A stretch of 64,000 nt of DNA from Eledone cirrhosa (taxonomy: Eukaryota): assembly GCA_964016885.1 (NCBI GenBank), contig OZ024740.1, positions 324,570,001 to 324,634,000 of the forward strand, given 5' to 3'. The position numbers and the translations under genes are program-made. Of the stretch, positions 30,692 to 43,399 are shown piece by piece (positions within the stretch are counted from its first letter, which is position 1; every line of letters begins with the position of its first letter). The notes under the pieces were generated by a model. The model was not told where the DNA came from. It saw only the letters and a list, made by a program, of their open reading frames with translations, and made no database searches.

Positions 30692-30695
<4 letters not shown>
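29485..30695 (+). mobile_element. 5'-truncated Penelope-like element, Naiad-like (ORF end, 3' UTR, HHR)
   Basis: 29485-29616 encodes [43 protein letters not shown]. The pyrimidine-rich UTR has an internal duplication of about 200 bp. HHR at 30592-30660, then (TA)n. Confidence 0.8.
30592..30660 (+). ncRNA. Type I hammerhead ribozyme
   Basis: GTTTTAT-CTGATGA-aaacacaaatattatt.gttt.gatgatgtttgttttt-GAA-ATGCGCAT-A-ATAAAAT. Stem III is palindromic. Confidence 0.8.
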
Positions 30696-30732
<37 letters not shown>

Positions 30733-31342
30733 TACGCACACATATATATATATATTTATATTTATATTTAATATATATGTGTGTGTGTATGTGTGAATGT
30801 GTGTGTATGTGTGTATGTTTATGTGGTGTCTATCAAATGTATGTATATGTGTGTGTGTGCGTGTGTATACATGTGTGTGTGTGTATATATGTATATATGT
30901 ATATATGTGCGTGTGTGTATGTGTATGTGTGTATGTTTATGTGGTGTCTATGAATGTATCTATATGTGTGTATGTATATGGGCATATGTATGTGTATGAG
31001 TTTGTGTGTCTATATATATATATATATACATACATATGTGTGTGTGTGTGTGCGAGTGTATGTATGTATGTGTGTGTGTGCATTTGTGTGTATATGTATT
31101 TGTGTATATATACATATATATGATGATGAGTTTCTCGGTGGTTATTACAAACGGTGTCTATCACCACAGGGTAGATCTTTCATGCCAAACGTGTACTAAG
31201 AATCATTTGTTGTTTGTGTTGTTATTGTTGTTGTTGTTCGGAAGAATGAATAAGGAGAGGCAGAAGTGGAACGAAGAAGCACTTTCAATGGAAGGATCTT
31301 TTAGACGTAAATTGGTTTAGCATTAAACATCAAAACTTTCTG

Positions 31343-31376
<34 letters not shown>

Positions 31377-31416
31377 GTGTGTGTCCGCGTGTGTATATAT
31401 ATATATATGTACATAT

Positions 31417-31503
<87 letters not shown>

Positions 31504-31634
31504 GTGTGTCCGCGTGTATATATATATATATATATATATAAAAAACATGAGAAGAAAGAAGAATACTGCGTGGTTGCACATGGGTTACATATGATAAAAT
31601 TAGTCCTTCGTCAGTGATTTGCCAACCATCATTG

Positions 31635-31670
<36 letters not shown>

Positions 31671-31680
31671 GACACTCCTT

Positions 31681-31715
<35 letters not shown>

Positions 31716-31716
31716 A

Positions 31717-31747
<31 letters not shown>

Positions 31748-31767
31748 CATATATATATACACATATG

Positions 31768-31807
<40 letters not shown>

Positions 31808-32182
31808 CACTCCTTACATATATATTTATACACACATACATATATATATACATATATATATGTATGTATGTATATACATATAGCACTATATATATATATA
31901 CATACATACGCCCCCCCCCCCCCCCACACACACATACATACATACATATATATACATATATATATATATAGAGAGAGTGAGAGATGGAGAGAGAGAGAGA
32001 GGGCGTGAGAAAGAGCGGATGAGACAAATACAATGGTACATATATTGAAGACACACATATTCACACACTGTCACAGTCACACTCAGAGGTGGTCTGTATG
32101 ATAATTACTTTGATAGACTTCCATAGACCCTTCCATAGACCCTTCTCTCTTTCTCTCACCCGCACATACACCCTCATATTAT

Positions 32183-32372
32183 ATAATTGTTTCTACTTTT
32201 GGCACAAGGCCAGCAATTATCTCAGTGTATTACTGGTACTTTATTTTATCGACCCCGTAAGGATGAAAGGCAAAGTTAACCTCGGCGGGATTTGAACTCA
32301 GACCGTAAAGGGACCTAACTGTACTGCAAAGCATGGCATCCGACCCTCTACCGATACTGCCAATCCACCGCC
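32183..32372 (-). mobile_element. Main SINE, full length
   Basis: Same head, B-box, centre and tail as the other copies. Confidence 0.85.
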
Positions 32373-32612
32373 CGTTATACATAAATAAAATGTTATCTAC
32401 ATATATATGTTTATGTGGCATCCTACACGAAGGTATCTTAGAAACTGTCTCGGGTATTTTAATGACAGGGTTCCCAGTATTTATCAGGAAATGGTTTCGC
32501 CACCGCCTCTAGTCCGAATACATGCCTATTTCATAGGTTATTTGAACTCATATTATATAATGTATATTTATGTATCTTTCTCTCTCACTCCAACTCTCCA
32601 CCATTCTCTCAC

Positions 32613-32665
<53 letters not shown>

Positions 32666-32723
32666 ATATATATGTATATGTGTATATATATGTGTGTATA
32701 TATATGTATATGTGTATATATAT

Positions 32724-32805
<82 letters not shown>

Positions 32806-32921
32806 TATTATTACAGATTAAAAGTTTAAGCAATGAATCTCTGCTTTCGCCCTAAGTAATTCTATGTTGCAGTATAAGATATTTTCAAGTACCACTACTC
32901 AGGGATACATCCCTTACCCTT

Positions 32922-33085
32922 GTACGGTATTTCTTTTGTATATAAGACGCGCGGGCATATAGGGGGCACCCTTATTTAGAAAAATGTTCGGAAAAAGTTA
33001 TAGTAATATTTAAACAATATATTCTGTGTATAGGGAGATTATGACATCAACTTTCTGGGGTTAAAACATGTGCCTTATAAGACAA
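32922..33085. mobile_element. Possible Tc1/mariner (pogo/Tc2-like) TIR remnant
   Basis: tacggtatttctttttgtatataagacgc resembles CCGTATTT...TATAAGACGC-type termini. Heavily decayed. Confidence 0.3.
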
Positions 33086-34593
33086 TTATCAATTGGTCCT
33101 GTACCCGGATACAGGACCACTATCTTAAGTGACAGATGGTTTATGAGTTTGCAGTCTTAAGCGCTGTACCACCCGTGAGGCAGAGAAAATTTATGGGACG
33201 CCACGTGCTGCGACATGTCTTCCGTTGCCAACCTCATCGTTTCGACTAGGAATCTTGGTACTGTTACCTGTTACGCAGAGGAACGAATGATAAACAAATG
33301 CTGGGTATTTACCGAAAGCTTCCTTTTCGTGTGGGTCACTGTCGGTCTCCGGGCTACCACAAAGGAGTGGAAGATATCCAAATAGCAGGACTTGACCTAC
33401 CGTTTTTTTTTAGTGGCGATTGTTGTCGAGATTTCACTGTCTTTGGCCCAAGATTGAGATTTTTCTCATGAAGGATGAGCAACGTGAGGTGAAATAGCTA
33501 ACAGTTACTGTTTCTGGCTATTTGGAATGTTTTGGCGGTCGTATTCGCGCCAGTCACCTATTTAGTATTTTTGTCAGACCCGCGAAGACTAGGTTTTTTT
33601 TAGAGGTGACCTCTACTCACTTCATTGTAGCTGTTTTATGCGGCAATTATGTTGCCATCCCGTCCACGCGGTGCAGCTGAAGTATGCCACCAAACCAAAT
33701 ATGTACAGTCTGCTCTCTCCTCATTTTTCCCTTCTACCTTTTTTATATTTAATGTCCCCCTTTTTCTATCTTCCCGTTCATTATTATATTGTGATTATAG
33801 AATGTAGTTTATTACATACAGTTACTATTTCTGGTCATTTGGAATAATTGGTGATCTTATTAGCGCCAGCCACCAATTTAGCATTTTTCTTAGATCCTCG
33901 AAAACTAGGCTTTTGTAGAGTTGGCCTTTACTCAGTTCGTCGTAGCTACATCGCTGGATTGAGATAGTTTTCTTGGGAACTAACAAATGTCACCCATTGG
34001 TCCGTCTCCCTTAGAACTTTGCCGCTGTTGGTCCGGTAGGATCTCGTTTATGTCGCAACTAACCATCATATCTTGTGGGCCTTTCCCTATCCATCAACAG
34101 TGACCAGTATTATATTGCCGTATCTGTATAAGCAGCAGGAGTCAATGTCCATTGATTTTTCACATTCAGGTTTAGAAGGGGGGATGATAGTAAGTACTAA
34201 AATGTGCATAACTTCACGCTTTTATAACCATATTTCTAATGAATTCTCTGTCATTGATTTTCACATACTTGTTTTTTAAATAATAAAAAATTTAGAGTGA
34301 TTTAGTAATATAAATTACTGTCGCATTATTAAGCTGGTGTTCAAAATATAAGTTAAGAAAATATCTTATATAACATAATAAAAGGTGCTAGAATTTGATT
34401 AACTTCACGTTTTTGTTACTATATTTCTATTGATAAACACTGCCTTTGATTTTCAAATAACTTTGAATATAATCAAGAATTTGGAATGATATATTAATAT
34501 AATTTACTTTCTCATTATTAAGTTAGTGTTTGGAACATAACCAAAATTCTTACATAAAATTATATTGGAAGGTCTCTTTAAGATAAATATTAG

Positions 34594-34953
34594 TTAGTTA
34601 TTTAGGTCCTTCCGCATGGAACATTGGGCAGCAACAAAAGATCTCCATTCTTTGAAGTCTTCTGCAAGAGATTTGGCATTTTCACAACTCAGCTCTTTCG
34701 CATCTAGATCCTTCAGGACTGTCCTCTTCCACGTAGTTAATGTGCGTCCACGTTTCTTTATTCCACCTTCTGCTTGTTTTGTTGATGGAATTCTAGAGAC
34801 ATGTTCAAGGAATCTCAGATGACGCTCTTTTACTGTGATGCTTAGTGGTGTCTGCTTGATTCTCCCATAGACTTCCTCATTGGTTATTTTGTCTTGCCAA
34901 GAGATGTTAAGACATTTTCAGAGGCACTTCTGGTGGAATACATCAAGCTTGGG
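34594..34953 (-). mobile_element. RTE-clade LINE 3' ORF fragment
   Basis: KLDVFHQKCL*KCLNISWQDKITNEEVYGRIKQTPLSITVKERHLRFLEHVSR...KKRGRTLTTWKRTVLKDL...AEDFKEWRSFVAAQC, followed by a short TAAC tail. One in-frame stop. Confidence 0.85.
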
Positions 34954-35159
34954 AAAGTCCTGCTGTCATCTTCCACGTTTCACTGGCATAGGTGGCAACT
35001 GGGATGTACTAAGCTATTAAACACTTTAAAAAATTCATCTGGATTGAAACATTGTTTGATCAATAAAAATAAGTACCAGTAATAATATGGGGTTCCGACC
35101 AATCCACTGTTCGATAGCCACCACTAAATGATAATGATAGTCGTAGTAGCTGTGGTTTT

Positions 35160-35458
35160 ATTGGTGGCGATGATAATGTTTGTTATAATGGGGACAGTTG
35201 TTATAATTGTGGCGTTAATGGTAGTGATATTGGTGGTTATAGTGGTGGTGGTGGTGGTGGTGGTAGGATTGGGGCGACGGTAGTGCCGGTGGCGGCTATA
35301 GGCGTGTAATGATAGTTATGGTGATGACGACGATGATAAATATTAAAATGATGACGATAGTGATAATGATTATGATAATCTTGAGGTTGATGATGAAGAA
35401 TTTGGAGGTGAGAGTCATGGTGGTAAGTTTGGTGACTGTGTTAATGATTGTGGGAGTG

Positions 35459-35514
<56 letters not shown>

Positions 35515-35700
35515 GTTATAGTGATGGTGGTGACGACACTAATTACAATCAAAATGATGACGGTGATGATGATGACGGCGGCGATGATGATGATGATGAT
35601 GATAATCACCATCATAATCATGATGATGATGATGATGCTGATGGTGACTTTAATGGTGGTTGGCAGTGGTGATGATCATTTTTTGGTGATAGTAATAACA
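35160..35700. repeat. (GAT/GGT)n low-complexity tract
   Basis: Pure (GAT)n at 35460-35512. Confidence 0.85.
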
Positions 35701-36397
35701 GCTTTTATTTCCGACATTGCTCTTTTATTCCGTCAGAACTGTTAAAGCCATTACAAATATATTTGTCTTGCTTTAGTTCTTTTTTCCCTGTTATTTTCCC
35801 TTGTCTTTTATCGAGCTATCGCGAATAATTAATGCGATCTTAAAGACATGCACTCTAGGATGGTTTCAAAGTACTTCGGCGACATTATGTCAACTACAAA
35901 CGTCGCCATTTACACTTATATTTACACAAACACACACATACATACACACATACACACCCATATACACACACAGACACACACACATACATACACACATACA
36001 CACACACTTTCACACATACACACCTATATACACACACAGACACACACACACATACACACATACACACCCATATACACACACAGACACACATACATACATA
36101 CATACACACATACACACACGCTTTCACACATACACACCTATATACACACACAGACACACACACACATACACACATACACACACATACACACATACACCCC
36201 CATTTACACACACATACACACACACATACACACACACATACACACATACACACACGCACACATACACACCCATATACACACACAGACACACACATACACC
36301 CATACACACACACGCACACATACACACCCATATACACACACACACACGCACATACACACTTACACGCAGATATAGAGAGAAAGGAGTGATAATGACG

Positions 36398-36448
<51 letters not shown>

Positions 36449-36583
36449 ACAAAGAGAATGAGTGACAGAGAGAAAGAGAGAGAGAGAGAGGACAGAGACA
36501 GAGAAAGACAGACATCTATCTGTCTTTATGCATACACATACACACATGTATATATATATGTATGAGAGTGTATATATATATAC

Positions 36584-36649
<66 letters not shown>

Positions 36650-36717
36650 GTATATATATATACACTCTCATACATACACACATGTATATATATGTATGAG
36701 AGTGTATATATATATAC

Positions 36718-36811
<94 letters not shown>

Positions 36812-36935
36812 GTATATATGTATGTATGAGAGAGAAAGATTGTTGAGAGTGTGTATTTGAGTGCGTAAGTACGACATCTATCTTTCTTTATACATGCACA
36901 CACACTCTCTCTCTCACTCACACACAGACAGACAG

Positions 36936-36967
<32 letters not shown>

Positions 36968-37569
36968 ACATATATATATAAATGTGTATGTGTTCGCTCG
37001 GTCGTGTGTATGTGTAGATGACTGTCACATGGTATTGAAAATTGTTTGATATCAGCGTGTCCCATGCGTTCCCTAATGGGTATAGGTGCTGATGTACTTG
37101 GGAGCAGACACAGACACCCGCCCGTCTAACCCCACCCAACCTTGACCTAGTGGAACATCCAGGATATAAGAGCCAGGGAGGTACGGGAGAGCTGCACCAA
37201 GGATGAAAGGCAAAGTTGACTTCAATAGGTTTAAACTTAAAGCGCAGAGAACTGGAATAAATACCGCAAGGTATTAATCGGACGCTCTCACGACTCTGCC
37301 AGTATAGTACATGCATACAGACATGTGTACACATATATACATACGCACATGCATATGTACATCCATACATAGATACATACATATTTACATACGTACATTC
37401 ATACATAGATACATACACACATACATGTGTACATATGTACATACATATATACGTGTATTCATACATACATAGATGCATACGTACATAGATACATACATAT
37501 ATATGTACCTATATTCATACATACATACATACATACATACATACATACATACATACATACATACATACA

Positions 37570-38155
37570 TGGTGGCTGCCAACTCGTTTTCGAGTATGGC
37601 CACTACTTTATATCCATGTAGGAGAACTCCTACCGATGCGCTGAACGAGTGTGACTTTTTAGTCCAGCCAGCGACTTGAAAACTCTGGTACAAACACTAC
37701 ACTTGTGACAATTATTGACACACAGCGCTGGGCCCATGGTACCATGTGATGACAAATGCAGAGAGATCTCCAGATATAAAGCAATGCCTGTGCCGTGAAG
37801 CTTTTATAGTGAGCAAAGGCACTGCACAAAGCCAGTCCCACTCTCTTAACCAAGATGATATTTACCAAAAAGAAGAACAAGTCAACATCATTGGATACCA
37901 TCAGAGTTGCAGGTGTTATATCAGAGTTTTCCTTCTCCTAGAATTCTGCCTTGACAAAGGCTAAGGGGTCATCTCTCCCGGTGATTTTGGATGGCCACTG
38001 ACTCTTAAGAGCTCCTTTGCCCTTTGACAGGTTTTGTTTTTAGTCCTGCAGGATGTCCAAAGTCACCCTCCTCACCAAGAAACCTTGGTGGGGTTGCCAG
38101 TTTAGTCGCCAACGACCCGACCATGAGACAGGTTGTACTGGGATACATGTTACCA
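37570..38155 (-). mobile_element. Internally deleted RTE-like element: 5' region, decayed ORF pieces, C-terminal C2H2 finger, 3' hairpin and (ATGT)n tail
   Basis: About 37632-37706 encodes KCSVCTRVFKSLAGLKSHTRSAHR*. The 3' UTR hairpin CTCG-AAAA-CGAG precedes (ATGT)n. The 5' part matches 975-1279. Confidence 0.65.
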
Positions 38156-38865
38156 TACATACATACATACATATATACATATTTATAATCATACATACAT
38201 ATAAATATGCATACATACCTTCATACATGCTTGCATACATACATATATGCTTATATACATACAGATAATCATACATACATACATACATATTTATATACAT
38301 ACATATAAATATGCATACATACATGCATACATGCTTGCATACATACAAATATGCTTATATGCATACATATAATCATACATACATACATACATACACACAT
38401 ACATACATATATGCATATAGGCATACATACATATATATAGTACTCGATACATTTTTAGGTGCAGAGTTGGTATGGAATAATCCCAGGGGAGGGAAGTAGG
38501 AAATAAGTGTGTATGTGTGGGAAAGGGAAAGAGAGAGAGACCAATATATATATACACATATATAAAGAGAGAGAGACCAATATATATATGTATATAAAGA
38601 GAGAGAAAGAGAGAGAGACCAATATATATATATATATAAAGAGAGAGAAAGAGAGAGAGGGAGAGAGAGAGGGGGAGGGAGAGAGAGAGTGGGTGGGGGA
38701 GAAGAAAGAATGAGATGTGACTGTTCCTGCGAAAAACATCAGTGATCTTTCATAATTAATAGATTTTGTTGTTGTTGTTACTGCTGCTGCTGTTTGTTAT
38801 TTTTAGTGCACCATTTAACGAGCGACGATAAGGAGTAAGTAGGTGGCCGAGGAGGTGTAAGACGA

Positions 38866-38975
38866 CGACGACGAAGAAGAAGAAGAAGAAGAAGAAGAAG
38901 AAGAAGAAGAAGAAGAAGAAGAAGAAGAAGAAGAAGAAGAAGAAGAAGAAGAAGAAGAATGAGAAGAAGAAGATA

Positions 38976-39008
<33 letters not shown>
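38866..39008. repeat. (GAA)n followed by (GAT)n microsatellite
   Basis: Pure trinucleotide runs. Confidence 0.95.
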
Positions 39009-39344
39009 TTACTACCTACCACCACTGGGGAGAGAAGGCTTTTCTTTCTTGCCTGCAAGCTACACTATCTGATGTCTCTTACGGTGTTTATTCACTGTGA
39101 TTATATACATATATATTTATATATATATATATATATTATATATTATATATTATTATACTGCAATCGGCCTCTGGTTACAACTTGCGCCTTGCTCAAAATC
39201 AAATGCCTAACCTACCTAATCTGAACAAGTACAATGTAATGAATGAACAAATTAATGTACACAATACAAATAATACACGCACACACACACACCGGCACAC
39301 ACACACACACACACACATACACACATATATATACGTATATAGCG

Positions 39345-39545
39345 AAGGCTCATGACTTTGTGGTTAGGGTATTCGGCTCACAATCGGAAGGTCGTGAGTT
39401 CGATTCACGGTGACGCGTTGTGTCCTTGAGCAAGATTGAACATATAGTTTGGTGTCACGCTGAGTCTCCCTTAGAATTACGTTAAGCAATGCTCTGTACC
39501 GGTTGTATCTCAGCGCACTCAATGGGCAATGTTAAATACATTACC
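39345..39545 (+). mobile_element. Second tRNA-derived SINE family (CORE-like)
   Basis: gtggttagggtattcggctcac...GAGTTCGATTC B-box, then tgtgtccttgagcaag. A relative lies at 58055-58265. Confidence 0.65.
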
Positions 39546-39671
39546 AGAGTATACACATAGTTACTTGCCATATATATATATATATATAATGAAAAATTGA
39601 ACAGGGACAGAACAGAGAGGCAGTACGACAAATGTTTATTAAATTCACGCTCAGGAGAGTGAGGGGTAGGT

Positions 39672-39750
<79 letters not shown>

Positions 39751-39837
39751 TATGTGTGTATATATATGTATATATATATATGTATATATATATATTTATA
39801 TATATATATATATGCATATACATGTGGTGTATATATA

Positions 39838-40588
39838 TATATCCTAATGTTTGTTGAGTGAGATGGGGGTTGGTCGGAGTATCGTTATTAGCTTTCTCTG
39901 TTAATGTATTAATATTATACTCTTGGATGGCCAGATATGAAAATTCCAGATATTTAGGTATGACTATCTTTATTTATTCTTTATCTGAAATATTGATTGT
40001 TTCTTCCTGTATCTCATGTCTGTTATTTTCCCTGAGGAAATACCTCTATGTATATATTTATTTTTTTAATATCCAGTTGAGTTCTTCACACGTGGTTAGA
40101 ATTCCTAACAGGATTCAATGACCTGCGTGTATATTATTTTATGTTTTACGATGACCTCCCCTTCCCATTTGGGGACAGTGTGAAATTTCTTTTTGAAGGA
40201 CTACTGGACTTTCAAACTTAGCGGTTCTTCTAGCACTGAATATTAATATCAATGTAGTTTTTATATTGATATTGCCTGGGCATCCACTGATGAGTTATAA
40301 GGGCCCACTTGCGTGGATATCTATGGATTATATGCAAGCTTCTACATAACTTGGACATTATTTTCCCACCTTGTAGAAATCTTATAACGAAACGATCGTA
40401 TGGAAAGAAAGGGAGATTTATTTAATTATGTCTCATATAAAATAATACAGCCAACTATCCACGAAATACAATATAGTTAGCACCCCAAACACATAATTGG
40501 GATTATACTCAGGTATATCCTAATGTTTTTTGAGTGAGATGGGAGTTGGTCGGAGTATCGTTAAAAGCTTTCTCTGTTAATGTATTAA
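39838..40588 (+). mobile_element. Terminally redundant 676-bp non-coding HHR element (retrozyme-like or non-autonomous PLE)
   Basis: Direct repeat of about 75 bp (atcctaatgttt.ttgagtgagatggg.gttggtcggagtatcgtta..agctttctctgttaatgtattaa) at 39841 and 40517. HHR at 40283-40404; (TA)n flanks. Confidence 0.7.
40283..40404 (+). ncRNA. Type I hammerhead ribozyme with large stem II insertion
   Basis: TCCA-CTGATGA-GTTATAAG[79 nt]CTTATAAC-GAA-ACGATCGT-A-TGGA. 8-bp stem II base, palindromic stem III, GUA triplet. Confidence 0.8.
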
Positions 40589-40661
<73 letters not shown>

Positions 40662-40671
40662 TATATATATG

Positions 40672-40708
<37 letters not shown>

Positions 40709-40815
40709 ATTGAGTACTATATTTAACTGTGGTCGCTTCCATTTCTCTTGAGGTACACACACACATACACACATATTCCTTCGAATGAAACAGTTCTAGT
40801 CCTGTAGAAGACATT

Positions 40816-40849
<34 letters not shown>

Positions 40850-40854
<5 letters not shown>

Positions 40855-42266
40855 AAGAATGAAGAGAAACATGGTTGGCTGTACAATAATGGCTTTATTT
40901 AAAGTACTCACAAATGTTTCTTTGATCAGGTGAGTCTAGAGTTCGCTAATCGCTTGAGGTTGTGTCATTCGATCTCCAATACATCATTTACTTCTGGTCA
41001 ACATATCAGAGTACGTAGATATGAAAGTAATTCACTCGAGGCAAGATATATAGAAAAATAGCGTATAATCAAAACAATAACAACAATAACAAAATAACGT
41101 ATAATCAAAACAATAAATCAATAATAACACATATATGGTAAATAGGTAGAGAAGTTACAGATGTAAAAAGTAAAAAGTAAAATATAAGATAGGGTACATT
41201 AAAAAATAAGAAAATGAGACAAAGAAAAATATAAACAAATAATTAAGTGAGAGCGTGTAGGTACATAGTAGTAGTTTTTGAGTAAGTGTTCTTCTAAGGA
41301 TTCGCTGGTGAGTTTAGTGCTAACATGTGAAACCAGATTCGAGATGTACATAGGTACGTGTAGAGGGTCCGATAAAAGAAAAGACAATAAATTAGAGATT
41401 AATTGGCGGATACATGTATGATATTTATGGGCTAGGGATAACGGGACATTTGATAAACGCTTGTTGTAAATGTTTTGCTGATTGTTCTATCTTAATGGAG
41501 TTGATGCTGTTTCAGGGAGAGAGGGTGAAAGAAATGTTCAGAGATTTATGATCCAGTGACCAGTTGGCCGTTTGATAGCTAATAGCAGTGCGATGGTGTG
41601 TATTCTATATGTTAAAATCTAGGTGGTTCAGTACTAATTTTGGGATTGCTGGTTCAAATCATGTGGTTTGAAGTTTGTGAATCTAGTAGCTATTTTATGC
41701 CTACAGAAAATAGATCTTTCTATTTTGCTGTTAAGTCGATAATTTGAGCAGCTAATCTTATATTCTGGGTTTTTGTCCTTAAGCTGTCAGATTTTATTGG
41801 CGAGCGTCGTAGAGTTCTCCAGCGCACGGTCCTTCATGGAGTGTCTGTGGACGTACTACCTTTTCTTGAACTTCCCAGCCTTGGAACCTATGTAGTGCCA
41901 AGTAGAATTGCCTGAATTCACAGTACACAGGTATACCATACTCGAATCCAGGCATCTATTCCGCAGTGGGCCCTTATCCAGTAGGTCGCAATTACAATTT
42001 GAGGTTTTATTTTGTGCAGGTTGATCGTTGCGGTTTTGTAAGTTGTTGTGGGTGGGTTGTGATTTAGGCCTATTAATGTTTTGTTGTGATGCGTTCTGAT
42101 GCGTTTGTGGTTGTGATGTTGTTGTGTTTGTGTTTTGTATTTGGTGCTATGGTGCGTGTTGGTAGGTTAATTTCTTTAGATATATTTTTGTGGTTGATCT
42201 TACGTATGTGCTGGCTGCAGTAGAGTAGGAATGTTTTATAGTTTTTCTATTGAAGATTTTATGGTA
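40850..42266 (-). mobile_element. Decayed Naiad-like Penelope element: linker and GIY-YIG endonuclease (41634-42266) plus 3' UTR
   Basis: YHKIFNRKTIKHSYS...CNCDLLDKGPLRNRCLDSSMVYLCTVNSGNSTWHYIGSKAGKFKKR*YVHRHSMKDRALENSTTLANKI*QLKDKNPEYKIS...LNSKIERSIFCRHK. Shows the VY..YIG..R motif and a Cys-rich linker, with stops and a deletion. Confidence 0.85.
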
Positions 42267-42300
42267 TATATATATACATATATATATACACACACAAACA

Positions 42301-42331
<31 letters not shown>

Positions 42332-42350
42332 TATATATATATATAAATAT

Positions 42351-42502
42351 AGTTTTAATATAGATGAGATTCTACAGGACTAGAACTGAATGAAACAGTT
42401 CTAGTCCTGTAGAATCTCATCTATATTAAAACTGTTATACTCTGCTATGTATTGAGTACCTTACTTACTGTGGTTACCTCCGATTCAACCCGGAATAACG
42501 TA
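42351..42502 (+). mobile_element. PLE-type fold-back insertion, family A copy 2
   Basis: Same sequence and both outer ends as 5364-5569, but it folds back inside the HHR. Confidence 0.8.
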
Positions 42503-42746
42503 TATATAAATATATATATATATACTAACGACCACACCTGGTTTATTTTGGTTAAGTTCTCTGTGGAAACTCTAATATCTATAACAGCGGCACTAATTGT
42601 ATCCCTGGAGCTTCTCTCCCTCTCACTCTCTCTCCCTTACTTTCTCTCCCAATCCTCTCCCTCTCTTTCTCTATGTATATATCTATTTATGTATGTCTGC
42701 ACATATTCATGTATGTATGTATATTTGTATGTATGTATGTATCTAA

Positions 42747-42803
<57 letters not shown>

Positions 42804-42851
42804 CATGTGTGTGCATCTATCTATCTTTGTGTGTGCCTTATTTGTTAATGA

Positions 42852-43184
42852 ATAATTGTTTCTACTTTTGGCACAAGGCCAGCAAATACCCAGTACATTA
42901 CTGGTACTTTATTTTATCGACCCCATAAGGATGAAAGGAAAAGTTAACCTCGGCGGGATTTGAACTCAGACTGTAAAGGGACATAACTCTATGCTGCAAA
43001 GCAAATAATTGTTTCTACTTTTGGCACAAGGCCAGCAATTACCCAGTACATTACTGGTACTTTATTTTATCGACCCCGTAAGGATGAAAGGCAAAGTTAA
43101 CCTCGACGGGATTTGCACTCAGATCATAAAGGGAAAGCATGGAAAGCATGGCGTCCAACCCTCTACCGATACTGCCAATTCACC
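42852..43184 (-). mobile_element. Tandem dimer of the main SINE (42852-43003 truncated, 43005-43184)
   Basis: Two head-to-tail copies. Confidence 0.85.
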
Positions 43185-43399
43185 ATACAATAACGTCCAT
43201 TCGACAAGCAAACCAGAGAGCGTCTTTCACGTAACCAATGGGCATGCTAGAAATAGCAGCATTATCACCCTCAAATCACACCTTACCGAAGTAAAGGAAG
43301 GAACACAAGAAACTATACGAGTTTTACTATGCCTGGAAAAGTGCTCAAGCATGTTTGACCTAGGGCTAAACAACCATCACCACAATAAAAAATAACAGT

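Noticed and set aside
41780-41860. In-frame TGA in the Naiad-like ORF as selenocysteine
   Set aside because: The TGA sits at a position normally Trp (IW.LK), not Cys. A TAG and a deletion also occur, indicating decay.
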